Source: Alphaproteobacteria bacterium (GTDB taxonomy: Bacteria; Pseudomonadota; Alphaproteobacteria; Rs-D84). From it: DNA of 40,494 nt. The stretch covers positions 1 through 40,494 of the forward strand of contig JAGCDW010000025.1 in NCBI GenBank assembly GCA_017650945.1, in the 5' to 3' direction. A program made the translations under genes and the position numbers. The notes beneath the pieces are model-generated. The model was not told the DNA's origin. It saw nothing but the letters and a program-made list of their open reading frames with translations, and did not search any database. Shown here in pieces: positions 15,964 through 24,417 of this stretch. The stretch's first letter is position 1. Each line of letters starts with the position of its first letter.

Positions 15964-16417
15964 TAATCGCATCTTGGTTGGAAAAATTGTTGCACCCCAA
16001 GGAATTCGGGGCGAGGTTCGCGTTCAGACCTTTACCGAAAAACCGTCGGACTTTCAAAGTTTGGCGGTTTTCGGCGACAAAATTCCGGCCGGCACGTTGC
16101 ACTTTGTGCGCATAGTTCCAAATACAAATGTCGTGATTGCCCGCGTTGATGGGGTCGGCGATCGGAATATGGCAGAAACTTTGCGTGGCACAGAATTGTA
16201 TGTCAATCGTGATGATTTGCCCGCGCCGCGTGATGGCGAATATTATCAGGCGGATTTGATTGGTATGACCGTTGTGCGTAGCAGCAAAGAATTGGGGCGT
16301 GTTGCATGCTTTCAAAACTTTGGTGCCGGCGACATTATGGAATTAGAAAATGGCGAAATGGTGTCTTTTGCTGGGGCGAGTGTAGATTTCGAAAAGAAAA
16401 TAATAACGGTAAAATAA
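15953..16417 (+). CDS. rimM: Ribosome maturation factor RimM
   Basis: ILVGKIVAPQGIRGEVRVQTFTEKP is the RimM N-terminal signature; operon context. Confidence 0.88.
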   Translation: MKSDNRILVGKIVAPQGIRGEVRVQTFTEKPSDFQSLAVFGDKIPAGTLHFVRIVPNTNVVIARVDGVGDRNMAETLRGTELYVNRDDLPAPRDGEYYQADLIGMTVVRSSKELGRVACFQNFGAGDIMELENGEMVSFAGASVDFEKKIITVK

Positions 16418-16433
16418 TAAAAAGGGGGAAAAT

Positions 16434-16646
16434 ATGTATAGAACCTTTAATATTCAAATTATAAGTGAACAATGTCCAGATGGCCAGAAAACTTGTCCGG
16501 TTCAAGAATATCTTGGAAAACAGCAATTGCTCCGTCCAACAATAAATGAATCTTTATATGCGCCTGCAAAATCGCTTCAGGTGGACGAATTTGTTGCGCT
16601 TTGGAATGAGATGAAAAACATTTGCGCGAATTGCAAGAGCAAATAA
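16434..16646 (+). CDS. Small Cys4 protein, paralog 1 (70 aa)
   Basis: AAGGGGG SD. MYRTFNIQ..CPDGQKTCP....ICANC. Confidence 0.6.
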   Translation: MYRTFNIQIISEQCPDGQKTCPVQEYLGKQQLLRPTINESLYAPAKSLQVDEFVALWNEMKNICANCKSK

Positions 16647-16659
16647 AAAAGGGACACCT

Positions 16660-16926
16660 ATGCGAACGATATATATAAATGAAGAACCTGTGCGTGTTGA
16701 AACCGGATGTGGATTGCGGCCGCTGCATAAATGTCCTGTTCAGGTTTGGGCCGAACGCCCAAATATTACCGCTACTATAAATAGAATTTTGCCGTGGCGG
16801 CCGATAATTCGCCTATGGACATATGACGCCCCAAGTAGATTTAGCAAACAAGTTCAAAACCTGTGTGATAGTTGTTGCTATGGCGAGGCGTTTAAAATAA
16901 GACAAAAGCAACAGGCTTCAAGATGA
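16660..16926 (+). CDS. Small Cys4 protein, paralog 2 (88 aa)
   Basis: AAAGGGA SD. MRTIYINE..CGLRPLHKCP....LCDSCC. Confidence 0.6.
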   Translation: MRTIYINEEPVRVETGCGLRPLHKCPVQVWAERPNITATINRILPWRPIIRLWTYDAPSRFSKQVQNLCDSCCYGEAFKIRQKQQASR

Positions 16927-17093
16927 ACATGTTTGAACGGTTTGTTTATTCAATGATAACTAGCAGGGATAGAAATTGTCTGCCGCCCGAAGAATGCCCG
17001 GCAATAAAGGCGGAATGCGATAAAAAAAGCGCACAAGATGTTCTCATATTATGCGAACAGTGCTGGAATAAGTTAAATAAAAAACAAAGGTGA
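16923..17093 (+). CDS. Small Cys-rich protein, paralog 3 (56 aa, not in the ORF track)
   Basis: ATGA start/stop overlap with paralog 2. ..CLPPEECPAIKAEC....LCEQC. Confidence 0.5.
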   Translation: MNMFERFVYSMITSRDRNCLPPEECPAIKAECDKKSAQDVLILCEQCWNKLNKKQR

Positions 17094-17099
17094 AATAAC

Positions 17100-17354
17100 A
17101 TGCGAACTTTTTATGTAAACGAGGCAGAAGTCCAAAAATCTTTAAAATGTCCGGCGGGATTCGCAACGTGCCCGGCGTTCGATTTTTTAAAACTTTGTCC
17201 GAATGTGCGATACAGTATGCAAGGGCCGTTTAATGTGTCGGTTTTTATTGGACCGGTACAAAATCCAACTGCGATTTCTTTAAAGATTCAATCACTTTGT
17301 GATGAATGTTTGCCACGTGAAAAACACCATATAAGACCCCAAAGGGAGCGCTAG
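17100..17354 (+). CDS. Small Cys4 protein, paralog 4 (84 aa)
   Basis: AAAGGTGA SD. MRTFYVNE..CPAGFATCP....LCDEC. It ends 1 nt before the trmD GTG. Confidence 0.6.
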   Translation: MRTFYVNEAEVQKSLKCPAGFATCPAFDFLKLCPNVRYSMQGPFNVSVFIGPVQNPTAISLKIQSLCDECLPREKHHIRPQRER

Positions 17355-17355
17355 G

Positions 17356-18045
17356 GTGCACTTTAATATACTGACTGTTTTTCCAGAAATGTTTCCGGGG
17401 ACCCTTGGTGCCGGGGTGGTTGGGCGTGCGCACGCCAATGGAATCTGGTCGTACACGGTCATAAATATTCGCGACTTTGCCATAAACGATTACGGCAGTG
17501 TTGATGACACTCAATTCGGTGGTGGCGCGGGCATGGTTATGCGCCCCGATGCATTGGGGGCGGCGATTGATTCAATCAAAAATCCGGGGAAAATTATATA
17601 TTTTTCGCCGCGGGGGGCGGCGCTCTGTCAAAAAATGGTGCGCGGGTTTGCGGAAAATCCGGAAAATGCGGTTTATACCCTGCTCTGTGGTCGGTACGAA
17701 GGAATTGACCAGCGGGTTATCGAAGAGTATAATATCATGGAATTATCCATTGGCGATTACATCTTATCTGGTGGTGAAATTGCCGCGCAAGTTTTTATTG
17801 ACAGCACGGTTCGCGTGTTGGATAATGTCCTTGGTGGCGGTGCGGAATCGACCGCTGCGGAAAGTTTTGAAATCGGGGGGTTGGAATGGCCGTTATATAC
17901 CCGCCCGTCGGTATGGCGTGGACGGAAAGTCCCAGAAGTCCTGCTGTCTGGCCATCACGGCAATATAGAACGGTGGCGGAAACAACAATCGGACGAAATA
18001 ACAAAAGAACGTCGTCCGGACTTAATAAAGGAAAATGAAAAATGA
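17356..18045 (+). CDS. trmD: tRNA (guanine37-N1)-methyltransferase
   Basis: [14 protein letters not shown]..., RYEGIDQRV and [11 protein letters not shown] are TrmD motifs. GTG start after AAGGGAG. Confidence 0.92.
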   Translation: MHFNILTVFPEMFPGTLGAGVVGRAHANGIWSYTVINIRDFAINDYGSVDDTQFGGGAGMVMRPDALGAAIDSIKNPGKIIYFSPRGAALCQKMVRGFAENPENAVYTLLCGRYEGIDQRVIEEYNIMELSIGDYILSGGEIAAQVFIDSTVRVLDNVLGGGAESTAAESFEIGGLEWPLYTRPSVWRGRKVPEVLLSGHHGNIERWRKQQSDEITKERRPDLIKENEK

Positions 18046-18449
18046 ACATTATTAAAAAAATCGAAGAAAAAAATATCGCAAAGGTCAAAGGCGACAAGGT
18101 TATTCCGAACTTCAAGGCCGGTGATACTTTGCGTGTGCATGTGAAAATCAAAGATGGCGACAAATTCCGTATTCAGTTATTCGAAGGTGTCGTTATCGCG
18201 CGCGATGGTGGCATGGGTAATACCGCATCGTTCACGGTTCGCCGCGAATCTTATGGTGTTGGTGTTGAACGCAAGTTCCCACTGTACAGCCCGGCAATCG
18301 AAAAGATTGAAAAGGTTCGTATCGGGCGCGTGCGTCGTGCGAAATTGTTCTTTTTGCGGAAATTGTCCGGTAAAAAGGCGCGTATTGTCGAAGATTTGGC
18401 GGCGGCAAGCGCAGAAAAAGGCGCAAAAGCCGAAAAGAGCGAAAAATAA
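18042..18449 (+). CDS. rplS: 50S ribosomal protein L19
   Basis: [33 protein letters not shown]...RRAKLFFLR. It overlaps the trmD stop (ATGA). Confidence 0.92.
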   Translation: MNIIKKIEEKNIAKVKGDKVIPNFKAGDTLRVHVKIKDGDKFRIQLFEGVVIARDGGMGNTASFTVRRESYGVGVERKFPLYSPAIEKIEKVRIGRVRRAKLFFLRKLSGKKARIVEDLAAASAEKGAKAEKSEK

Positions 18450-18466
18450 ATTCCCATCTGATTCAC

Positions 18467-18494
18467 AAAAATCCCGCAAATGCGGGATTTTTTT
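18467..18494. terminator. Bidirectional terminator; second copy of the AAAATCCCGCA..GCGGGATTTTTAGTAC element
   Basis: atcccgca-aa-tgcgggat plus a T7 run, between rplS (+) and the PQ-loop gene (-). Confidence 0.7.
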
Positions 18495-18498
18495 AGTA

Positions 18499-18789
18499 CT
18501 AGCATCTTTTTTTACGTTTGTTGTGTTTTTGATAATATGCGGTTAGCAAGAATACGGTCACAATAAATACCAAATCTAGTGTGGCGATAAATATCACACC
18601 AACCTCTGGTGTTTCCAACAGAACATACCCCAAATAAGACAAATCGGTTGTGATCCACACGAACCAAGATGTTAAACTTAAATCATCGGCATGCCGTGTC
18701 TTTAATATCTTAATAATCTGGGGAATATAGGCAACAAATTCCAAAATGGTATAAACAGATAAAAATGCATAAGCAATTATTTCCTTCAT
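18499..18789 (-). CDS. PQ-loop / SemiSWEET-like 3-TM membrane protein
   Basis: 96 aa with three hydrophobic segments and the PQ motif (YIPQIIKILKTRHADDLS). Confidence 0.6.
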   Translation of the reverse strand: MKEIIAYAFLSVYTILEFVAYIPQIIKILKTRHADDLSLTSWFVWITTDLSYLGYVLLETPEVGVIFIATLDLVFIVTVFLLTAYYQKHNKRKKRC

Positions 18790-18863
18790 AAAAATCCCCT
18801 TTCAAGACAACAGGAGAATTATATCATAAAATCGGTGTAAAGGATAGGATTTTTAATAATCCA

Positions 18864-19247
18864 TTATTCGCGACCACCGTTTATTCTGTGCAGCAAGTTA
18901 CCATCGATCATCCTTTGGTTCCTTGCCTTAATATTATCGTCCATCTGTTTGTCTAATTTTGCAAGATCCCGGCGTTGTTCTGCAATCCAATTTTCATCGC
19001 TTGCGTGGTTAGTAAAGTCCCGCAATATAAAATCCAGGTCGCCACCACGAGCCAAACTATTGGTCGCATTTTTATATTCTTCCGATCGCGGCCTATAAGC
19101 CAAAACTTGTTCCGCATACCATTTAACGGCTCTTATTTCCTGGTCGGTCAATGCTCGACCCAATTTTTCATTTTTTACTTGTTCCAAAGGTAAATTACCG
19201 GATTTGACCTTTTTTGTACCGGATTCAAAATCTTTTTTTGTGACCAT
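18864..19247 (-). CDS. Hypothetical protein, tandem paralog B (127 aa)
   Basis: AAGAGG SD. MVTKKDFESGTKKVKSGNLPLEQVKNEKLGRALTDQEIRAVKWYA is co-linear with the 19294-19638 product. Confidence 0.6.
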   Translation of the reverse strand: MVTKKDFESGTKKVKSGNLPLEQVKNEKLGRALTDQEIRAVKWYAEQVLAYRPRSEEYKNATNSLARGGDLDFILRDFTNHASDENWIAEQRRDLAKLDKQMDDNIKARNQRMIDGNLLHRINGGRE

Positions 19248-19293
19248 ATTTACACCTCTTTTTTTATTAAAACACAAACCAAACAATCGTGGT

Positions 19294-19638
19294 TTATAAA
19301 CGCCCCGGTTTACCAAGGTTTTTCATACACACCCGATGTTTCATAGCCTCCATTTGGCTTTTATTTCGTTGTTTTTTCATCTGAGACCAAGCTGTATCAT
19401 TTCCATGTGCCTTAAAAGATTGCAATATATTATCAATATTTCCAGCAACAACCAGTTCCCGAACCCCGCTTTCATAGCTTTCTGAATTCGATGCCAAAAT
19501 CGCAGCCCACCATTTAACGGCGGTTAATTCTTCTTTGGTCAACACACGTTTCAGTCCTTCGTTTTTTAGTTGTTCCAGAGGTTCCACGCTGGATTTAACC
19601 TTTTTCGTACCGGCTTCAAAATCTTTTTTTGTGGCCAT
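19294..19638 (-). CDS. Hypothetical protein, tandem paralog A (114 aa)
   Basis: AAGGAG SD 6 nt upstream of the ATG. MATKKDFEAGTKKVKSSVEPLEQLKNEGLKRVLTKEELTAVKWWA. Confidence 0.6.
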   Translation of the reverse strand: MATKKDFEAGTKKVKSSVEPLEQLKNEGLKRVLTKEELTAVKWWAAILASNSESYESGVRELVVAGNIDNILQSFKAHGNDTAWSQMKKQRNKSQMEAMKHRVCMKNLGKPGRL

Positions 19639-19752
19639 AATCAACTCCTTTGTTCATTACAGATGCCCAAATTATATCACAAACCATTCCAAAAAGCAAC
19701 TTTGCCGACACTTCACTTTTGTCGTACAAACGGCAATCTGTCGCGCAGTTTT

Positions 19753-20097
19753 TTATCTTTGGTTTTCGATTGTTCCTTTACCAAAAAATCTTTTTATTTT
19801 TGTGCTAATTGGCAATTCTTTTTGTCTTTTGGATAATTCTTGTTGTCTTTTCTTCATCTCGGCGGTCCAAATTGGGCAATCGGGGACCAATGGCGGCAAC
19901 CCCAGGCAGGCGTTTACTTCTTTGACCGAAATCAGACGTTTAGATTTTACATTCGCCAAGTCGTCTATAAAGGATTTAAATTCCCGAAAATGTTCGCTGG
20001 CCCGTTCACAGATTTGGCCATTTACACTGCAAATATATGTTTGTGTGTCCCAATCTTGCAATTCATACAAAGGTTCCATTTCAATTTCTTTTGCCAT
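19753..20097 (-). CDS. Hypothetical protein (114 aa)
   Basis: ORF co-oriented with its neighbours and 23 nt downstream of the 302-aa gene; no motif. Confidence 0.5.
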   Translation of the reverse strand: MAKEIEMEPLYELQDWDTQTYICSVNGQICERASEHFREFKSFIDDLANVKSKRLISVKEVNACLGLPPLVPDCPIWTAEMKKRQQELSKRQKELPISTKIKRFFGKGTIENQR

Positions 20098-20120
20098 TTT
20101 TATTGTCCTTTTTATATGGT

Positions 20121-21029
20121 TTAATCGCTATAATCTGCGGCGACAAGATGCCCCTGTAATCGCACCGCCAATTGGTGCCATGTTTCCTGGTATTTATCGA
20201 TAATTGCCCCAATCTCGCTGGGTTTGGTTTTATACGGCACATCGATTTGCACACCGCGGAACACCATCCAAACATTGGTTTGATAATCGTACGATATCTG
20301 AATTGATGCACCAACCGCAGTTTCGACATACGTTCCAACAGATGGGGTAAATTTTATACTGGGCCATGGTCGCCCATCGAATTCATTTGGCATATGCATG
20401 ACATAGGATCCAACCAGTTTGTTATCATCGGAATAGTATTTGTATGGTCGTATATGACTGCGAATAATTTGTTTAAGGGTTATTCCCGATTTTGGCTTTT
20501 TACAGTTAAACCGAAAATATACACCATTGGCATCACATGGCCGGCCATATTCTTCGGAATCGTGACAAAGTGTCATAAGTTTAGATTTTGCCAGATTTTT
20601 AACATTACCATTTTTATCAATTGCGCCACTTTTTACATCATCGCGATATGCATACACCAATTTTGATACCGCGTTCGGTTTGATAACGTCCCACAATATC
20701 CCATATTTAAAAATAACCTCGTTATAATATGTGTTTGAAATATCCCGAAATTTTTCAGGCATTGTTCGAATCAGACGTGCGGCCACTAAACTGGCCAGGG
20801 TAAGTTCGGGGCAATCCGAAAATTTTTCTGGGTTGACTTCTTGCAAGGCACCAATTCGGACACGAAATATTTCCGGCAATTGGTCAATTTCGGATTTGTG
20901 CCGGTCCAATTCCTTATTCAGTTCGATTGTTTGTTGATCGCGAAATTCTTCCTCTGCCTTGGCCGCAATCTTTGCCATTTCTTCATCCGACTTAACCCTA
21001 TAGACATGTTTATCATACGAATTCGACAT
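20121..21029 (-). CDS. Hypothetical protein (302 aa)
   Basis: Long ORF with a coiled-coil-like charged N-terminus; no recognisable catalytic motif. Confidence 0.6.
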   Translation of the reverse strand: MSNSYDKHVYRVKSDEEMAKIAAKAEEEFRDQQTIELNKELDRHKSEIDQLPEIFRVRIGALQEVNPEKFSDCPELTLASLVAARLIRTMPEKFRDISNTYYNEVIFKYGILWDVIKPNAVSKLVYAYRDDVKSGAIDKNGNVKNLAKSKLMTLCHDSEEYGRPCDANGVYFRFNCKKPKSGITLKQIIRSHIRPYKYYSDDNKLVGSYVMHMPNEFDGRPWPSIKFTPSVGTYVETAVGASIQISYDYQTNVWMVFRGVQIDVPYKTKPSEIGAIIDKYQETWHQLAVRLQGHLVAADYSD

Positions 21030-21116
21030 GTTTTGCCTTTTTATTATCGCGAAATTTTGGTTATTTTATTGAATAATTCAACCAAGATCACCGAAAATTT
21101 ATGCTTTACAATTTTT

Positions 21117-21266
21117 TTATTTTTTCTTCTCCATGGCACCCACCAAGAACTTCAATTTCTTATCAAGTTCCTTTTCAAACAAAGAAGCGGCGTTTATTTC
21201 TGGGACAAACCAACCATCACCCATATCAACATAATTAACATAATTGTGTTTATTATTTTGAGCCAT
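21117..21266 (-). CDS. Possible small protein (49 aa)
   Basis: AAGGATG SD then ATG. MAQNNKHNYVNYVDMGDGWFVPE...; first gene after the putative promoter. Confidence 0.3.
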   Translation of the reverse strand: MAQNNKHNYVNYVDMGDGWFVPEINAASLFEKELDKKLKFLVGAMEKKK

Positions 21267-21301
21267 TTTTCATCCTTTTTATTACCTTTGGTTTTATGGG
21301 T

Positions 21302-21329
21302 ATGGTACTATAAAATCACGGCAAGTCAA
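21302..21329 (-). promoter_or_regulatory. Putative promoter of the minus-strand accessory cluster
   Basis: Minus strand: TTGACT (21324-21329), 16-nt spacer, TACCAT (21302-21307). Confidence 0.35.
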
Positions 21330-21342
21330 CGATAAATACCCC

Positions 21343-21372
21343 CACTAACACTAACCACTTGCACTAGCCACT
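21343..21372. promoter_or_regulatory. CACT-periodic repeat array in a divergent promoter region
   Basis: cactaa cactaac cacttg cactagc cact: CACT recurs every 6-7 nt. The 11-mer CACTA(A/G)CCACT occurs at 21349-21359 and 21362-21372. Confidence 0.4.
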
Positions 21373-21417
21373 TTTTTTAATTTGACTTATCGGCGATATG
21401 GCGGTAGTATATGGGTG

Positions 21418-21762
21418 ATGAAAAAAGTTTTCGTTTCTTTGTTGGTCGTGTTTTCTGCGTTTGCGGCGCATGCGTATATTGACCGTGATACCGCGGTGCT
21501 CCAGGTTATGAACAAGGCCGCCGGCAAGACGCAAACGATTATGGCGCCCGTTGGGCGTGCGGTCGGTTTTGAAAAGTTAAATATAACCGTGCGCGCGTGC
21601 AAGCAATCTGATCCTTTTGATGCGGAAAATTTCTACGCGTTCACGGAAATTTCGCGTGGCGATGGTGGTATGATTTACAGCAACTGGTTAGATCGCAACA
21701 ATCCTGGTAAAAACCCGGTCCAAAATGCCGACTATGATATATGGCTTGTGCGGTGCGAATAA
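21418..21762 (+). CDS. DUF2155-family secreted protein
   Basis: Signal peptide MKKVFVSLLVVFSAFAAHA. Pattern ..VLQVMNKAAGKT......VG....FEKLNITVRAC......DAENFYAF.EI.....IYSNWL...NP......ADYDIWLVRC. Confidence 0.6.
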   Translation: MKKVFVSLLVVFSAFAAHAYIDRDTAVLQVMNKAAGKTQTIMAPVGRAVGFEKLNITVRACKQSDPFDAENFYAFTEISRGDGGMIYSNWLDRNNPGKNPVQNADYDIWLVRCE

Positions 21763-21782
21763 TTCCGAATTGGGGGGATGAT

Positions 21783-22103
21783 ATGAAAAAAATTCTTGTT
21801 CGTGGGATAGTTTTTTTCGTCGGTGTTGGTGTGTTGCTGCTCGCAATATTTGTGTTCTTTACTTTGCCACGGCGTGATGCCGCGTTGGAAAGCGCTTACT
21901 TGAAAGATTGGCGTGGTGCAACGGTTGAGCGGCGGATTGCCGCGGCGCGCGTTTTGACCGCATCTGAAAAGAATCTTGAATTGTTGGTGGCGTGCGTGGA
22001 TAAAATGGCTACACTGCCAGATTCCGCAGATATGCAGGTGCGCGATGCAATGGAACTTTGTTTCGTTGGAATACAATTAAAGAATAGTACATACGAAGAA
22101 TAA
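21783..22103 (+). CDS. Hypothetical single-TM protein
   Basis: GGGGGGATG SD-like upstream; TM segment GIVFFVGVGVLLLAIFVFF. Confidence 0.5.
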   Translation: MKKILVRGIVFFVGVGVLLLAIFVFFTLPRRDAALESAYLKDWRGATVERRIAAARVLTASEKNLELLVACVDKMATLPDSADMQVRDAMELCFVGIQLKNSTYEE

Positions 22104-22795
22104 TGTGGCGTTTAATATTTCTGGTTCTTTTGTTTGGGTGCATAGGCGGCAATTTGGACTCGGATTTTGGCGCGGGCTATGTTGGTGCGCGGTATGTAAA
22201 TGACCCGTTGGGTGAAGGGCGCGCGCCGGATAACGACCCGCTTATTCGATTTGATGCGTTCGATTGTACAACCTTTGTTGAAACGGTTTTGGCGGACGGT
22301 GATGTTCAGAAATTAAATAAGATTAGGTATGCGAATGGCGTGCCGGATTTTGTTCAGCGAAATCATTTTATCGAAACAGATTGGATTACCAATAATTCTG
22401 ATATTGTTAAAAATGTGAGTGGTCGATATGCGCCGACCGCTGTGCATACGGTTACAATTGACAAGAAAAACTGGTTCAAATCGAAGCATAATATGGATAC
22501 TGATTTTGCGCCACGCACCGTGCGTTTGGAATATATCCCGTACAGGTATGCCGCGGACATAAAGGTTGCGCGGCCGGTTGTGGTTTTGTTCCTGCGCGAT
22601 AATCCAAAGATTCGTGATAAAATCGGCACTGATTTGGCGGTGCGACATATGGGATTTCTGTTGCCGGCGGGTACCTTGCGCCATGCTTCGCGGCGGGCGG
22701 GCGCGGTTGTTGATATGGACTTTCGTAAATATGTGCAAAGAATGATGGAAAGTCCAAAAAATTTGGGTATAATGATTCTGGAAATAAAAAAATGA
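22103..22795 (+). CDS. DUF1460-like (N-acetylmuramoyl-L-alanine amidase-like) protein
   Basis: YVNDPLGEG....DPLIRFDAFDCTTFVETVLA is as remembered for DUF1460. Probable lipoprotein or signal N-terminus. Confidence 0.5.
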   Translation: MWRLIFLVLLFGCIGGNLDSDFGAGYVGARYVNDPLGEGRAPDNDPLIRFDAFDCTTFVETVLADGDVQKLNKIRYANGVPDFVQRNHFIETDWITNNSDIVKNVSGRYAPTAVHTVTIDKKNWFKSKHNMDTDFAPRTVRLEYIPYRYAADIKVARPVVVLFLRDNPKIRDKIGTDLAVRHMGFLLPAGTLRHASRRAGAVVDMDFRKYVQRMMESPKNLGIMILEIKK

Positions 22796-23913
22796 CGAAC
22801 GATACGATTATTAAAATGGATATGGGTGCGGTCGCCGGCAATAGGTCGGCTGGCGATACAGTGCTGTGTTTGGGCATTGAATCTTCGTGCGATGAAACAA
22901 GTGCGGCGGTCGTTGATTCAAACAAAAATATCCTTTCTCACATAATATATTCACAAATTCCGGAACATCAGAAATATGGTGGTGTTGTGCCAGAACTGGC
23001 GGCGCGGGCGCATATATTGGCGATTGACGAAGTGATAAATCTTGCGCTGTCGCGGGCAGGCAAAACATTGGCAGACATCGATGTTATCGCGGCGACCGCG
23101 GGGCCGGGCCTGATTGGTGGGGTCTTGGTCGGGTGGATGGCGGCGACCGGTATGGCCCAGGCGACCGATAAACCATTGGTGGCCGTGAATCATCTGGAGG
23201 GGCATGCGTTGGTGCCGCGCCTGTGCGCGACAACGGCGGACGATACACGCGCAAATGTCGATGTGGAATTTCCTTATTTGCTTATGCTTGCGTCTGGCGG
23301 GCATTGCCAGATTTTATTGGTGCGTGGTGTTGGACAATATGAACTGATCGGGCAAACATTAGACGATAGCGCGGGCGAAGCGTTTGACAAGGTTGCAAAA
23401 ATGTTGGGGCTGGGGTATCCCGGCGGGCCGATTGTTGATAAATGCGCAAAGTTGGGCAACCCGCGGGCCTTTGATTTTCCGCGCCCGCTAACCGACAAGC
23501 CGGGCTGTGATTTTTCATTTAGTGGTATCAAAACCGCGGCGCGTGCAATGCTGGCCAAACATGAAGCCCCCTATTCTGACGAATTCATCAATGATTTTTG
23601 CGCATCGTTTCAGGCATCTGTTGTCGATTGTATTATAAACCGCCTTGGTAACGCTATGAAGTCGGATGCTGTTCGGGCGTATGCACCAAAAACACTAGTC
23701 GTTGCGGGCGGCGTTGCGAAAAACAGCGCGATACGCGCGGCGATGGAGGATTTGGCGCGCCAGCACAATATGATTTTTGCCGCACCGCCGATGAATTTGT
23801 GTACCGATAATGGCGCAATGATTGCATGGGCGGGAATTGAAAATTACCGTGTGGGCAAAATAGTGCATGAACCGATTGCACCGCGCCCGCGTTGGCCATT
23901 GACAGAGTTATAA
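22792..23913 (+). CDS. tsaD: tRNA N6-adenosine threonylcarbamoyltransferase
   Basis: LGIESSCDETSAAVV...YGGVVPELAARAH...SGGH. ATGA overlap with the upstream gene. About 25-aa N-terminal extension if 22792 is the start. Confidence 0.9.
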   Translation: MTNDTIIKMDMGAVAGNRSAGDTVLCLGIESSCDETSAAVVDSNKNILSHIIYSQIPEHQKYGGVVPELAARAHILAIDEVINLALSRAGKTLADIDVIAATAGPGLIGGVLVGWMAATGMAQATDKPLVAVNHLEGHALVPRLCATTADDTRANVDVEFPYLLMLASGGHCQILLVRGVGQYELIGQTLDDSAGEAFDKVAKMLGLGYPGGPIVDKCAKLGNPRAFDFPRPLTDKPGCDFSFSGIKTAARAMLAKHEAPYSDEFINDFCASFQASVVDCIINRLGNAMKSDAVRAYAPKTLVVAGGVAKNSAIRAAMEDLARQHNMIFAAPPMNLCTDNGAMIAWAGIENYRVGKIVHEPIAPRPRWPLTEL

Positions 23914-23934
23914 AATCCGTGTAAAATAGCCCTT

Positions 23935-24414
23935 ATGAAAACTTATGCGGAAAGATACGAAGATTTTACAAGGGCGACGGTGGAACTCGCCGAAAAGATT
24001 CAGGCGGCAAATAAAGATAAATTTGCCGCGGAATATACTTTGCCCCAGGTTACTTTTGCATTACGAAATATATATAAAGATCCGATTTTTCATACTAAAT
24101 TTGTCAGCAGCAAAATGGAAGATAACAAATGGTCTTCGGGATTTTGTGCAATGGCAAGTGTAATTATTTATGAGATGTTCGGTGGCGCGGATGTTTGGAA
24201 TTTGATGGCAATACGGTACAATGATTGGAAACTTGGGTCTGTCGTTTTTCTTCAAGATAAGGCCACTGGAATAAATTTCGGCACAACAGGTGAACACTTT
24301 TACCCTGAAAAAGTTCCGTACGAGATTGGCAAACCATTGAATATTGAAAGGTTAAAAACTCCAAATAAAGAATTGCTTAAAAAAGTTTTGAATTTTGAAC
24401 TAAGGAAGTTATAA
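23935..24414 (+). CDS. Hypothetical protein (159 aa)
   Basis: ORF between tsaD and xseA; no motif. Confidence 0.5.
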   Translation: MKTYAERYEDFTRATVELAEKIQAANKDKFAAEYTLPQVTFALRNIYKDPIFHTKFVSSKMEDNKWSSGFCAMASVIIYEMFGGADVWNLMAIRYNDWKLGSVVFLQDKATGINFGTTGEHFYPEKVPYEIGKPLNIERLKTPNKELLKKVLNFELRKL

Positions 24415-24417
24415 GTT

